Part shown: positions 1-13,691 of the stretch, in pieces
Layout of the letters: each line of letters opens with the position of its first letter
How positions within the stretch are numbered: position 1 is the stretch's first letter
Assembly: GCA_013239625.1 (NCBI GenBank)
Contig: MU053561.1
Coordinates: 560,826-624,825, forward strand
DNA length: 64,000 nt
From: Lama guanicoe
Lineage: Eukaryota
Direction: 5' to 3'
Notes under the pieces: generated by a model
What the model was told of the DNA's origin: nothing
Database searches by the model: none
The model's input: only the letters and a program-made list of their open reading frames with translations
Translations under genes and position numbers: made by a program

Positions 1-2229
1 ACATTTCTCTACACATGGTGAGCATAATTTATGCTGACTAGCTCATGCATACATGAAGCAAACTGAGATTATATTCGTTCTCATAGTGAGAGAAATGTTT
101 CACTTCTTTCCTCCCAAGGACCCATTCACTAATTCCTTAAAAAGCATTTTTTGAACGCACCTATTATGTGCAAGAACCCCGTGCTGGATGCCGAAGGGGC
201 CCGAATATCAAAAAGACATAGCCGCTAACATCCAAGGGTACCAAAGACACAGACATGGAAAGTTAAATAATAGAAAGCAATAGGAAACTGCTTCTGAGCC
301 CTCACAAAGCAGTGATTAATTCCAAATGAATGATGCGATGCGAATTATGAGCTTAAAAGAGAGCAAGAGCCTGATGCATTTGGACCAGCCAGAAGGCTTG
401 TCCAAATTCAGTATTTTCCTCTTCCTCTACTTCCTCTCTGGCTATGAATAAGAAGAAAAGGAAAATGAAACATGGGACTCGCCTAATTTATATGACCAAG
501 GAGGTACTTCCCAGCTCTTAACTCTTTTCTGTTTAAACCCCAGTATAAACAGGCTCCTCTATGCCCCACCTTCTAGAATACTGGAAAATTCCATTTTGGA
601 TTATTTAAGGCCACCTAGGATTAGAAGCAGAATCAGGGATGGTCATAGATGAATTAGAATTCAGTTGTATAGACATATCCAGTCCAGCTAACCGTTGTAT
701 TCCGTGGTCCTGTACCATTCACAAAACTCCAGTGCTAGATCCTTATCCCATAGATCTATGCAATGTTGATACTGTAAAGAAACGAAAGCTTGAACTGATA
801 ACTCCTAGGCACAAATCAGATGTTAGATCAAATGTCCCAATGGGAAAGAAGATAATTTGTCTATCTTGTTTACTGGTTTGGCTGATTTTTTGGTCCCAAA
901 TTCCAGCACTCGTATTTCATTTGTCATCCTCTCAGGAGGTGCCCAGCAGCCCTGAGGGGCCTGGGAACAGACAGTGAACCTGGCCCCAAAGACTAATGAA
1001 GTGACTTGGAAAGCACCCATTTTGGTTACCACTTTCATTAAACGGCTTCCAGGACTCACCCTCTGTCCCCATTCAGTGTAGAATCTAAAGTCTGCTGTCT
1101 CTAAAGTATAACCCCACGTCTTTACCCCAAGGCAAACTTCTCAGATGCTGTCTGAATTCTCAGCCAGAGGCCCTTCCACGCCTGTCACCTGGGCATTATT
1201 TTCTTTCTTTATTATTTATGCCCCACCTGCTTCCAAAACGGACACATGAAAGATACTTTTAAACCCATTAAGAAAAATAGTCAACAGATAAGATCAATTT
1301 CCAGGCTGAAAGGAGGGTGTGTGATAATGTTTTACCATAAACAAGTCATAAAGGTTACTCTTTAAATTTCTACAGCGTTGTCTTCAAGTTACATGCCTTG
1401 TGCAACATATATGTGAACATACCATGTCTATTTCCCCACCCCTTCCCCCAAGATTAGATTCAGCTTTATGTCCCTCTCATAATGCCTAGCACAGTGCTTT
1501 CTCGGTTGGGGTTCAGAAGACATTTCGTTCAAAATTAACCTATCAAGCAAGCATCTACCATGTGCCAGGTACTGGGCCTTAACACCAGGGGTGTGGTGAT
1601 GCTCAACACACACCTCTTTCCACAGAAAGAGAGAAAAACAACATTTAGAGTGTAGCATTAGAAAGATGGATAGAGATGGGCCAAAGTGCTTTGGGAGCAA
1701 GAAGGAGACCCCCCAGGCACCCCTTCCTAGGGGCGCCAGGAAGGCTTCTAGTAAGGTTGCCTTTGAGCTGATGCTTTGATGCTCATCAAAGGCAGCCACT
1801 CCGAGAGGCCCAAGGATACAGAGATGAGTAGGCGTACAATATACTCTATTTTCAAACCGTTCATGGTCAATCATCTAATCTTGAAAGCTGAATAGGAAGC
1901 AGCCAGGTAGACCAGAAATAACATCTACAAAGACCCAGAGATGTGAAAAGTGACAAGGTGTTCATCATGGCTTCTCCAGGGGCACTGGCTATGGGAGATG
2001 CCCGAGAAGCAGATGAGACCACAGAGGGGCCGAGGTGAGAGGCCTTGTTCTGAGAAGAGGTGTAAACTTGACTGGAAAGGTAGTAGAGAGGTGCTGAGTC
2101 ATTTTTCGGGAAGTGATATGATTAAATTAGCGGCTGAGCTGAGCCCCAATCCTGCTAATGTAGATAATATCCCTCTACACCCCACCCACTCCCACCCTTC
2201 ACCCCCAACTTCTATTGTAAGTTGGAGAT

Positions 2230-2314
2230 TTTTCTTTTTCTTTTTTTAAATGGAGGTACTGGGAACCCAGAACCTGGTACACGTTGAGCTCTACCGCTGA
2301 GCTATGCCCTCCCC
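2230..2314 (-). mobile_element. Camelid tRNA-derived SINE (vic-1-like), internally deleted
   Basis: Reverse complement reads GGGGAGGGCATAGCTCAGCGGTAGAG...GGGTTCCCAGTACCTCCATTTAAAAAA; A box present; matches the copies at 3556 and 53253. Confidence 0.85.
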
Positions 2315-2849
2315 TGGAAGTTTTTCTTTTATAACAGAGGGCTGGAGTGGGGTAACGTTCTCCCGCTCCCTGTGTTTTTGCCTCCATCCATAAAACAGAA
2401 ACTTTGGCCGTCTTGGAAGGATTAGGAAAAATGGTCCAGCCCTTCTCTCCAGACCCCTCCCTCCCACCCCTCCCCTGACCCCAGCCCCTGGGGAAGAGAG
2501 CCTGAGCTGACTTGTGAGTTTAGGGGGAAGTCCCAGTGCGAGCCCAGACCAGCCCCCTCTTGGCTCTCTTTTGGACCTGGAAGCCCACAAGTATTTGGCA
2601 CTCTCCTGCTCCCTGTGGGTGGTGAGCCCACAAGCGCAGGCCCCGCCCCATGCCTGGAGGGTGCAGGAGCTGCAGCCTCGGGCTGCTCTGCTCTGCCCGT
2701 GCAGGGTCAGGCCAACGTGGAGAGGGTGGCGGGAGAAGCAAGATTCCCATTTCTCCACCTGGAGCCCGGCTGTGATCTCCACACTCACAGTGTGAGTCAT
2801 ATACAGATATTTTTGAGAAGTAGGTGAGGAATTGTCATCGACAAAACAC

Positions 2850-3035
2850 ATCCATCTGGATTTGAATTCCAGTTTCTCAAAGTACGGGTAATGTGGCTTT
2901 GGGCAAATTACATTCTCTCTCTTAAGACTTAGTTTTTGTCTCTGTAACGTGAGACTAACAGTCGGAGGGTGCTTACTTCATGTAGTGGTTGTGAGGATTA
3001 AATAAGGCAGAGCACACAATCTCTAGTGCTTGGCT
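2850..3035 (+). mobile_element. MIR SINE fragment
   Basis: MIR core-like phrases: ctggatttgaattccag...tgtggctttgggcaaattac...cttagtttttgtctctgtaa...gttgtgaggattaaataa. Confidence 0.7.
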
Positions 3036-3063
3036 TTCATTCATTCACTTAGTCAGTTGACAC

Positions 3064-3352
3064 TTTTTTTTAATTCTTATTTTTTAATGAAGTATAGTCG
3101 ATTTACAATGTTAGTTTCAAGTGTAGAACAAAGCAATTCAGTTATACATATACATACACACATATACATAGATTAGTTCAGATTCTTTTCCACTACAGTT
3201 CATTACAAGAAATTGAATATAGTTCCCTGTCCTATACAGCAGGTCCTTGTTGTTTATCTATTTTATGTATAGTAATGTGTATCTGCTAATCCCAAATTCC
3301 TAATCTATCCCTCCCCTCTTTATCCCTGACAACCAGTTTTTTTCCTATGTCC
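3064..3352 (-). mobile_element. 5'-truncated L1 3' end
   Basis: Poly-T followed by gaagtatagtcgatttacaatgtt...atatagttccctgt...ccttgttgtttatctatttt, the antisense of an artiodactyl L1 3' UTR; interrupts an L2-like tail. Confidence 0.85.
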
Positions 3353-3555
3353 ATCAACACATATTTATTGACAGCCTGTAAGCCAGGCTCTGCTGAGGGT
3401 GCTGGGCATGAAGCTTTGAATGAGACAAACACAATGCCTGCCCTCTGGAGCTTATGTTTTGGTCAGAGAGAGTAAATAAATAAAATTATGGTCAGGAAAG
3501 GCCTTTCCAAGAAGATGATGTTTGGGCTGAGACTGACATAAGAAGTCGTTGTGGA

Positions 3556-3685
3556 GGAGAGGGTATAGCTCAGCGGTAGAGCCCATGCTTAACACGCACA
3601 AGATCCCAGGTTCAATCCCCAGAACCTCCATTAAATAGAAGAATAAATAAATAAAGCTAATTACCTCCCCCCAGTTAAAAAAAAA
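3556..3685 (+). mobile_element. Camelid tRNA-derived SINE (vic-1-like), near full length
   Basis: A box TAGCTCAGCGG at 3566-3576, B box GGTTCAATCCC at 3609-3619, then AATAAA-repeat region, attacctcccccc and a poly-A tail. Confidence 0.9.
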
Positions 3686-4164
3686 GGCATTTATGAAAAG
3701 AAATAAGGAAAGAGAATTCTAGGCAGAGGGAAAAGCAGAGCAAGTCAAGGAACATTCAAGGGACTTGCCCACGAATATTTCTGTAGCACTTAGTGTGTGT
3801 GGGGCGCAGTGCCAGACGCTGGGGTAATGATGCTGAAACAGTCACAAGAGGCCCCCCGCCCTCAGGGAGCTCGCAATCCAGCGTGTAAGTGGGTATGCTG
3901 TGTGTGCAGTCTTTGTTGCAGAGTCAGGAAAGCCTCTGAGAAGGCAGCACTGAAGCTGAGATCTGAAAGTGGAGGAGGAGCCCTGGAGAACGTTCGGAGG
4001 AAAGAGAACAGTAGGAACGAAGTCACTTGGGTAGGAAAGAACATGGCTTTTCCCAGGAACCGACAGAGGTCAAAACACCTGTCACATCGGCAGAACAAGG
4101 GGGACTGCAGTTCAAGACGAGGTGGAGAGTTTGGCACAGGCCTGACCATTCAGGCCATGGGAAT

Positions 4165-4715
4165 AGTCTGACTCTTGTGCATAAGCAAAGAACACCATTA
4201 AACTGGCCCAAGGGAAAAAGGATCACTCAGGTGTCAGCAAAGATCTGGTGCAGGCAGAAATGAGCTCAAATGGTGTCACTGGCAATCTGTGTCTCTCTCC
4301 TGTCTGTTTTCCTCTGGGTTTGTTTCAATTCCAAAAGGACAAGATGTGACATGAGTGTCATGACTGAAGAACAGAAGATTCAGCTCTATTTTCTAGTTGT
4401 TTAGCTTCCTAGAAGATTGCAATAGTTTTCCAATGATTGCTGCAAAATGTCGAGACCTGACCCTCATCAGGCAAAGGTAGGATATACATCTGTCCCTAGA
4501 CTGTTCACTGTGACCAGGGGAAGGGCTCTCCTGACTACTCAGTCCTGAGGCAAGCACCCACTTCCGATCTGGGTAAAGGATTAGTTCTATCTGAAGTGTA
4601 CACTGATAGTATGAGAAAAGTGGGTCCCCAAAGGAAAATTCAGGGTGCTGAACCAAAAGAAGGGAAGTGGGGACTGGAGGGCAGGCTGACAACCCCACCA
4701 CTGAGCACCCCACCA
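4165..4715 (-). mobile_element. Old MaLR (MLT1-like) LTR
   Basis: gactcttgtgcataagcaaagaacaccattaaactggccc start and aggaaaattcagggtgctg...agaagggaagtgggg end resemble antisense MLT1J/K; highly diverged. Confidence 0.5.
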
Positions 4716-5400
4716 CGGTAAGGAGTTTGGATTGTATTCTAACTAGGATGGGAAACCACTGAAGGGTTAGTTATAAGAAGGGGCAAGTATTCTCTAAGCT
4801 TTAAAATGATCACTCTATATTAACACACAAAAAAGCCCCCTTTCACAGTGTTTTGATGATGATGCTGATGACAATGAAGACGATAATGATTAGAAGAGGG
4901 TGGGCCCCTTGTTTGGCACAAGAAGCCACTCCATAAGGTACACTTAGAACTTGAAAAGGCAACTCTTTGACAGTGAAACTAATAAGAACCAATGAATAAT
5001 GAATGAAGTTAATCACCTGAGAAAGTAAGCCGTCCTGAGAGAAGGTAAAAGCCTGAAAGGAATTTGGGGAGTCACCAGATCAAATTAAGGGAAGAAGAAT
5101 ACTATTTCATCCAAACACAACTGAATAGTAAGGAACAAAACTCATAATATAATTAATTGTATTATAATTTTTCTGCAAAAAGAATTATTAATAGAAAGGC
5201 TGGTCTGCATGTTCAAAAAGTTGATTTGGGGCAAGTCTTGGCTTTTACCCAGCACTGTTCTAGGAGAAAAAGAGGAAAACAGTGCATGTGACAGACAGGA
5301 GTGCCGTGGTCATTAGCAAGGTGTACTCTGATGTGGCACAGGGAGAATTCATCAGATTTTATCATAATCTGTATAAAAATAGCCCTTCTGATTATGCAAC

Positions 5401-5608
5401 TCTTTTTCTTTTTTTATTGAAGTGTAGTTGATTTACAGTGTTGTGTTAGTTTCTGGTGTACAGCATAGTGATGCAGTTATATATATATTTTTTTTCATAT
5501 TCTTTTTCATTATAGGTTATTATAAGCTATTGAATATAGTTCCCTGTGCTATCCAGTAGAACCTTGTTGTTTATTTTGTATACAGTAGTTTATATCTGCT
5601 AATCCCAA
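5401..5608 (-). mobile_element. 5'-truncated L1 3' end with target-site duplication
   Basis: Same L1 3' UTR antisense signature as 3064; flanked by atgcaact on both sides (5394-5401 and 5609-5616). Confidence 0.85.
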
Positions 5609-6099
5609 ATGCAACTTTTTCCTTACCATTCTTCTGAGCAATTTTTTAATTTTCCAGATACCCTGAGGGAGGGGTGCACAGTCCCCACTCCTCATTCGTT
5701 CTTTCCACATACATGTACAACAGAGTCACTGCAACATGTCAGGCAGGTGCAGGGTTCTAGCTTTCACAGAATTTACTTCTAGTGGAGGTGACAAGCATTA
5801 ATCAAATAATCACGAGTTTGGTGGGAACATAAACATTCAGTCCACAGCACCCTCCAAAACAGCATTTTCCCCTGAGAACCTGGGCTCCAATGTTAGGCCT
5901 CCTCAATATATTTCAAGCACAGGAGTCCATACTTCCACAGCTCAGTGCACAGGGTATTTCAGAATACAAATATATATGGATAAATTGAGTTATGAATTCA
6001 AAGTCTCCATTTATGCAGTTTGCACTGATACTGCAAGGCATTGATCTTTCTTCTTCCCGGGTTCTTCTAATTTTATTATTTTCCAGATAGCAAACTCCC

Positions 6100-7270
6100 C
6101 ATTTCTTGCCTCAATAGTAGGGAAAAATTAGACCTAGAATAAGCATTGTTTTGGTCTTGCCTAACGAAGCTTAAAAGAAATGCCTGAAAGGATCAAATTG
6201 TTCCCAATTAACTTAACCACATCCCAGAACAATATGAGACTATGTAGAGAAATACAATAAAGCTAGCACATGAACAAGGTAAAATTTGCAATGTATAGAA
6301 TTCAATAGAAAATTACCAGGCAAAGAAACAGGAACACATGACCTTTAATAAGGAGAAAAATCAATCAATGGCACAACCCAGAACTTGACACGGATGATAG
6401 AATTAAGGACATAAAACAAGTATGATAATTGTATTCCATGTATTCAAAAGACTAAAGGAAAGATTGAACGTGTTAAGTATAGATGTGGATGATATAAAAA
6501 AGAATCAAGTTTCTAAAGATGGACTACAATGTCTGAGATGGAAAGTCTCGGGATGGAATTAACTGCAGATTAGACATTATAGAAGAAAAGAGTCATAAAT
6601 TTGAAGACATCAGTATAAACTTTCCAAAATGAAATAGTACATAGAATAATATGAGTGGGAAAAAAATTAACAGAATTGTTGGAAAACTTCATATAAATGT
6701 TACTGGAGTCCCCAGAGGGGAGGAAAGGGGACAGAGGAAAAGAAAAACATTTGGAGTTGAAATATTTTTCCAAGTTTGATGAAAACTGTAAATCAACAAA
6801 TTCAGAAGCTCAGTGAAACCCAAGCACAAGATATGTGAAGAAAATTGTACCAACTATCACACAACTAAGCTGGGAAAAAAAGGGACAAAGGGAAAATCTT
6901 AAAAGCAGCAGGGGGCGGGGGGAGGGTGGGAAACACATGATGTTACATACTGAGGAACAAAGATAAGAATTATGCCAGATTTCTCATTAATGCAAGCCAG
7001 AAGAAAGAGGAACAATAACTTTAAAATACTGAAAGGGGGAAAAAAAACCCCAAAACTATCCATCTAGAATTCTAAGGCCAGCAAAAATATCTTTCAAAAA
7101 TGAAAACAATTCTTTTTTAGACATACAAAAGTTGAAAAATTAATCATCAGCACACTTTCACTATGAGAAATATAAAAGGAAATCCTTTAGGCAGAAGGAA
7201 AATGATACCATTTGGATCTACACAAAGGAATGAAGAGTCCCGGAAATGCTAATTGTGTGGGTAAATACAA
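6100..7270 (+). mobile_element. Old L1 (L1M-type) ORF1 region remnant
   Basis: A-rich degenerate ORF1-like sequence (ggagtcccagag...gaagctcagtgaaacccaagcac...tagaattctaaggccagcaaaaatatctttcaaaaatgaa); no intact ORF. Confidence 0.75.
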
Positions 7271-8945
7271 TGATGCCGCATAACTTGCCCGAAGTCAGGG
7301 AGTGGCAGATCCAGAACTTGAGTGCAGATTATTTGAAGCCAAGATCAATCTATACCCACTACACCATGCAGCTGTACATAATGCTATTCATTTAGTTAAT
7401 TAACAAACACTGATTACACACCTATTCTGTACAAAGTGCTATGCAAGACTGGCAATGTGAGGGAATCCAAGAGTAAATAAAATACATACTCTCCTCCCAA
7501 AGGAGTTTACATTCTATTTGGGGAATCAGACGTGGGAAGGAAGGGGCTAATTTTAGGGAAAGGCATGGGAAGTTCTGAGAATACCCTGAGAACGGAGGCC
7601 CACACCAAAATTGTAATTTAGAGCACTTGTTTCATGGGTCCACTTTAAATCCAGAGCAAGGCCACTTGGCCTATTAGGCATCACAGGCTCAGGGCTCAGA
7701 ACCTGAGGTGGTCCTAAAATAGTTCGTATTGTAGTTCAAACTGAGTCTGACATTAGACGATTTAAATGAAGGCATAACCCCCATTCTTTCACTTGACAAG
7801 CACTTTTTAAGGACTTTGTGATGAGCCCTTAATAAATGAGTAAATGTTGAGGATACAATAACTTCATCATAAGGCACTATGTTATTATTATCATTATCAT
7901 TTAGTACCAAGAAAGTGGAGTGGACCAAATGTTTGGTGGTTAGCTCAGAAGAGGACTATATATCACTGGAGGCTAACATTTCTGGAAGTCTTCGTGAAAT
8001 TGCTGGGCTGGGCCCTTAAGAAGGACTAGGGTAGGATAGGACAGGCAGTGAAGAAGGGTGAGCCTTCCCAGAGGGCTCTAAGCACAGGTATGGAGGCAGC
8101 AATGTGCATTAGGAGGGTGACGGGGGTGAAGGGGAAGGAGTCTGGCCTGGCTGTAGCAGGCATCATTGTTGGGGAAGAAAGGAGATTAGTTTAGAAAGGT
8201 GAGTTATAGAAAAACTTTTTATGTCATGCAGAGGTTTTAAATTTAAAAACTGACACAGGACTCAGGCTGTTAATAGAGATGGGGAAAAAGACAAATTAAT
8301 TGTAAATTCTAGAATCAAACGCATGATTGCATCTTCATTAGCAACTTGCTCAACTTTCTGTATAACCAGTTATGAGGCAATGTATAGGCTATGCAGAGAA
8401 GCACATTTCTGTGTTTCCCAGAAGGCAAACTCTTAGGAAATCAGATAGGCAGATTAAAGTATAAATTGGCAATCCAATAATCAGAAGCTGTCCTAGTGAG
8501 CCCATATTAAGTTAAAGACCTGAGCTGATAGGCATTCTGTTTGGTCATATAGTGATTATGGGATATTTAATAAATTACTCCTCTGTGTAGCTCACTGTCC
8601 TCTTCTGAAAAACAGAGTTGTTGTGAACATGTCCTGAAAATAATGGTTGTGTAAATGTTTTGAAAATACACATCTGAAACAACTGTTACTTGTTATTACT
8701 GTCCAGGGATGAGAAATAAGAAACACTATTATTCTGGGTATGTTTGAAGAGTATACACTTGATTTAAAAAAAGGCAAATGTGTTCAAAGATGACCACTTA
8801 TTGTTCTGTTTTTCTATAAATAAGTCTTTAAACCTGTCTTTCTTGAAGCCATTTTATTTGTCAATCTTTTTTATTTTTATTTTTTTTTTTGCTCCAATGT
8901 CTCTTTTGTTTTGCTCATCTATGCAAGATTATAGAAGGTACCTTA

Positions 8946-9208
8946 AGAAAAAGGAACCCTCCTACATTGTTGGTGGAAATGTCAATTGGTACAGCCACTA
9001 AGGAGGACAATATGGAATTTCCTTAAAAAACTAAAAATAGACTTAGATCCAGCAATCCCACTCCTGGGCATGTACCTGGAGAAAAATAGAATTTAGAAAG
9101 ACACATGCACCTCAATGTTCATAGCAGCACTATATACAATAGCCAAGACATGGAAACAACCCAAATGTCCATCAACAGATGACTGGATAAAGAAGATGTA
9201 TATGTGTG

Positions 9209-9243
<35 letters not shown>

Positions 9244-9640
9244 GAATGCTATTCAGCCATGGACCTTGAGATAGTCATTCTAAGTGAAGTAAGTCAGAAA
9301 GAGAAAGAAAAATGCCATATGATATTGCTTATATGTGGAATCAAAAAAAAAAAAGGACACAGATGAGCTTATCTACAAAAGAGAAACAGACTCACAGACA
9401 TAGAGAACAAACTTACCGTTACCAGGGGTAAAGGGATTAGGAAAGGATAAATGGGGAATTCAAAAATTATGCCTCTTGGGGAGTGATGGAAATGTTAGTT
9501 ATCTAGACTGTGGTAGTGGTTTCATTGCTGTATAGATCTATCAAAATTCATCAACTGGTACATTTGAACTATGTATGGTTTACTGTAGGAACCATACTAC
9601 AATAAAAGTGTTTTAAGAAAACAATAAATAAATTAAAAAT
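8946..9640 (+). mobile_element. L1 3' end (ORF2 C-terminus remnant plus 3' UTR), with (CA)n inside
   Basis: ORF track gives KKEPSYIVGGNVNWYSH and MFIAALYTIAKTWKQPKCPSTDDWIKKM, the L1 ORF2 C-terminus; ends in AATAAA and an A-rich tail; degenerate TSD gaaggtaccttaa / gaaagttacctcaa. Confidence 0.92.
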
Positions 9641-11259
9641 AAGTGAAAGTTACCTCAAATACAAGTCAGACTAACAAGAGTTGACACATGTGGTGTAAAT
9701 ATTGATTTATTTATGTGTGCATTTGTTTATTCACATTTATGGTTCAATTAAAATATGCCGGGAACTATGCAAATAAAAAGGATTCTACGTCATTAAGGAG
9801 CTCACAGCATGTGGTAAATCAGCCCCTGTATTACCAAGCAGTGTGGAAAATGCTCTGATGAGGGCTTCCCACAAGCTCTAATAGAAACCAGAGGGGTTGC
9901 TGAGCTGTGGGGCTGGGCTGAGGAAGCTCCCAATGCCTGGGACACTGAGCTGAACATTGAAGGAGTACAGTCTGGTAAATAAATCGTACCTTGTACAGAG
10001 GGAAACTGCAAGCAGATTAGCAATATCAGCGCGTAGGATGGGAGTGGTGCATGAGAATGGACATTGGCTGGATCAGGAAGAGCCGTGCAATCAGAGGTGT
10101 GCATATGTCATCAAAAAGAGAGACAGGGAAGCATTGAAGGGATAGAGAGTGTGTTCAGGTGGCGGGGTTTTGTCTGGAATATATACACAAGAGAGATCCT
10201 AGGTGTGGAGGTGTTGACAGCTCTGTCATAAAACACTGCAGAGCCTTTGACTCTGTGTGTACTCTGTGGTCTTTTTACTCTCTTACTGGCCGTGCTACAA
10301 GATGACTTGGGACCTTATCAATATCCATAACCTTTGTAACATGAGAAGAAGATGAGGGAAAAGGTAAATTAAAATGTGAACATTTTACTCTACTAAGCCT
10401 GTGAATGGGTGAAGTAGCTTTGCCACTGGCATCCAAATGACCTATGAGGTGGGGGAGGACCAAACAGGATGACGTATGTGGAAGCACTCCGTGAGCAACA
10501 GTGACCACCAGGTTCAAGGTGTTCTTATTAGTGTATATATTTTGTATCCGGATGCTTTGCATTGAGAGATGATAACACAGGCAGCATTTCCAATCCGTTT
10601 GGACAATCAAAGGGCTATCACAAGTAAATCTGGCAAAACCATGTAGCGAGACGAGAAATTCACTGAAAGATCAGAAACATAGTTCTGTGAACTGCTCTAG
10701 CATGAAGTGCTGTGCATAGTGATGAGCTTGGTGCAGAAACACAGCAGAGAGCAAAGGGACAGCTTGTAAATTGGAATCTTACCCAAACCCCTGAGGGTCA
10801 ACAGACATCTGCAAATAATTATCCAGAGAGTGGAAAAACTGGCCTGTTGAATTTTGGGGATATTAATAATGCTCTGTTTCTCCAGTGATCGTTTCCCCCT
10901 TGGGAACTGGGAGTGCTTGGCAAGCAACCTCATTACTCATAACCTTATTCCTGTCGTGGCTGGCAAGACGGGGAGGCATCACTGAACACACCACGGCTGG
11001 TACAGCAGTAGTGGTGAAAAGCGCGGGTAGGCTTCCTCCAGCCACCCCAGGAAGTTAAGTCCACTCAACAGTTAAGAAATATTTACAGGGAGTCTAAGTG
11101 AACCTGGCACCTAGTAAGTGCTCATTAAACATTAGCCTCGGTTTCTAGATTACGGTTAAGTACTGTGTCATTATTTATCGTGGGAGGGATCTAGAAACAG
11201 ACTTACCACGCCCCTGGGCCAGAACTTCTGCTACTACATGTTCCTTCTAAGTCCGCCAC

Positions 11260-11443
11260 AGCAGACATTGCTAGCTAATCATCCATTCTGTTCTTCTCCC
11301 AGGCGCACTACCTGAGGAGCACACAGATAGACCACATTCCCCAGCCTTCTTAGACTTAGGTGTTAGCACATGATAGAATTCTAGCAACAGAATGTAAGCA
11401 GAATTGATGAAAACCAGTTCCAGCCCTGGCCCTTAAAACCTCC
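11260..11443 (+). mobile_element. MaLR (MLT1-like) LTR, 5' half
   Basis: accacattccccagccttctt...ttaggtgt...catgatagaattctagcaacagaatgtaagcagaa is typical of MLT1; continues at 12420. Confidence 0.65.
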
Positions 11444-12419
11444 TTTACAGTTTCTGCTTCCCATAATGAGAGAGTAAGGTGCCACAGGGCCAATTCTCTC
11501 ACAGAAAACAACTATCAGATCTGAATGTAATGCAACAAGCAGTTGTCTAATGGTATTGGCAAGTACCAGCCAATGAGTAGTATCCTCTTTGCTTGTATCC
11601 TGAATATATAAAGAACTTTCATAACTCAACAAGACAACCCATTTTTTTAAATGGGCAAAAGATTTGAACAGATACTTCACAAAATAAAATATGCAAATAG
11701 CCAATAAGCACATGAAAAGATGCTCGACGTCACTAGTCGTTAGGACCGTGCAAGTGAAAACCAAGATTCTGCTACACATAGACTGGAGTGGCTGAAATTA
11801 AAAACACTGACAGTTCCAAATACTGATGAGGACCAGGAACAAACAGACATTACTGGTGAGAATGCAAGATGGTACCGTCATTTTAGTAAACAGTATAAAG
11901 TTAAACATACACTTACCATATGACCCAGTAGTCAAACTCCCAGGTATTTACACAAGAAAAATGAAAATACATATATACACACAAGTCATATATCCCAATC
12001 ATAGCAGACTACTCATAATAACTAAAAACTGGAACTCATCCAACATCCATCAACTGGTGATTGGATTAACAAATTGTGACATGTCCATTCAGTGAAAAAC
12101 AACTTAGCAATAGAAAAAAATGAACTACTGACACAATCATCAACATGAATTATGCTGAGCAAGGAAGCATGTCACAAAAGAGTACATACTATATTTCATT
12201 TAGTATATGGAATTCAAGAACAGGCAAAATTTATCTATGTTGACAGGAAGTTGCCTGGGGCTAAGGGTTGGGAGAAGAAATCAGATGTAAAGGGGCATCA
12301 GGAACTTTTTAAGATATTGGAAATGTCTATACTTTGATTGTCACATTGGGTTACAGCTGTATACAATTACCAAAAGCTCATCAAACTGTACCATAAAAAT
12401 GGGTGAATTTTACTTTATG
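11444..12419 (+). mobile_element. Old L1 (L1MB/L1ME-like) inserted in the MLT1 LTR
   Basis: aaatgggcaaaagatttgaacagatacttcac...aataagcacatgaaaagatgctc is the ORF2 end, followed by an L1M 3' UTR. Confidence 0.85.
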
Positions 12420-12675
12420 AAACCCTCACTTGAACCTCTCTCTCTTACTCATCTGCAGGTTGATGGTGGCACCCAGAGAGGTCTTAGAAGCTCTGTGTTG
12501 ACAGTGGTAGAGCCCCCATCACCTGAGTCCTTTAGTGAATATGTGGACAGAACACTCATCAACACCGTCAACCAAAAACCCCACACTGGACGGTATATGA
12601 ATGAGAAATAAATGGTTACACTGTTATGTTCCTGAAATCTGGGGAGTTACAGAAGCTGCGACTTCCTTAAATAAT
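12420..12675 (+). mobile_element. MaLR (MLT1-like) LTR, 3' half
   Basis: cctgagtcctttagtgaatatgtggacaga...atgaatgagaaataaat...tgaaatctggggag matches an MLT1 3' part. Confidence 0.65.
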
Positions 12676-12738
12676 CTACCTCCAAAGTAAAACACAGTTG
12701 GGACTGCTTAAATTGCTCTTGCTCTATTCACAGTGCTT

Positions 12739-12901
12739 TTTTTTATTGAAGTATAGTCAGTTTACAATGCACCACTTTCTGGTGTACAGCATAATATTTC
12801 AGTCATACATATACATACATGTATTCATTTTCATATTCTTTTTCGTTATACGTTACTACAAGATATTGAATATAGTTCATTGTGCTATACAGAAGAAACT
12901 A
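12739..12901 (-). mobile_element. 5'-truncated L1 3' end with target-site duplication
   Basis: ttgaagtatagtcagtttacaatg... signature; TSD attcacagtgctt (12726-12738) / attcacagtactt (12902-12914). Confidence 0.85.
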
Positions 12902-13691
12902 ATTCACAGTACTTAAACTAGAGAAAAATCAGTGATAACCTAAATGCCCAAAATAAGGGAGCAATTAGGTAAATTACAGTATATTCATCCTATGTAATAT
13001 TTATTTCATAACCACTCACATAATGATTATGAGAACTATGTACTAACCTGAATACACACTCAAAGTGAAAAATGAAAAAGGCAAAACCCACAATTGTGTC
13101 TATGCTATTGTATCAGGAGGCCCAGACACCTTAAATTGTGTTTGTCCAAGACTTTAAACATTTAGGCCTGTCTCAAGAGACCCACCTGCCATATGTTTGC
13201 ACGTGGAATTGAGTAAAACCTCAGTCTCGGAGTAAAGAGAAGAGAATCAAGGAAGACTGGATTGTAAGAAAAAGCTTGTAAAAACCACGTGCAATTTCTC
13301 TAAAATCTTCACGTTTGTACTGCTTTTTAGCCCGTGTCCCTGATTCTAACACAGTGGGTTTGTTGATGGCGAAGCAAGCTAACCGGCCTGCATTGGCTGA
13401 TGGAAGAAGAATGAAAGCGGGAGGAACAGGGCTGTTTCTGAGATTTCTGTGGCAGCATCAGCAATGGGAGACATTTCGCAAGGGAGATTCTATGAAGCAG
13501 GGGGAAACTGGAGATGGTACACGGTAGCTGGGAGGATTAGTTCCCAAGGATGAAGAACTAGTTAGGGGGGATTTAAAGACTAGAATTTCCACAGAACGAG
13601 TAGGGGTGGAATCAGAGGAATATTACCTGATTATCGTTAGTGTGACCTGGTGTTCACCCCCACGCTGGCCTCACCCGTAGACACATCAGAG

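Noticed and set aside
639..977. 112-aa ORF with a real ATG and a hydrophobic stretch
   Set aside because: No recognisable homology, promoter or splice context; length within chance expectation. A tBLASTn or PhyloCSF hit would reopen it
1720..1740. Weaker CTCF-like strings (also near 25530, 30080 and 45340)
   Set aside because: Mismatch core positions of the consensus; not supportable without a PWM scan
3556..3630. tRNA-like sequence with A and B boxes
   Set aside because: Followed by SINE body and poly-A and repeated at 2230 and 53253; it is a SINE head, not a tRNA gene
13105..13685. Possible old LTR (TG...CA bounded segment)
   Set aside because: Could not match a family or a TSD by eye; needs a Dfam search
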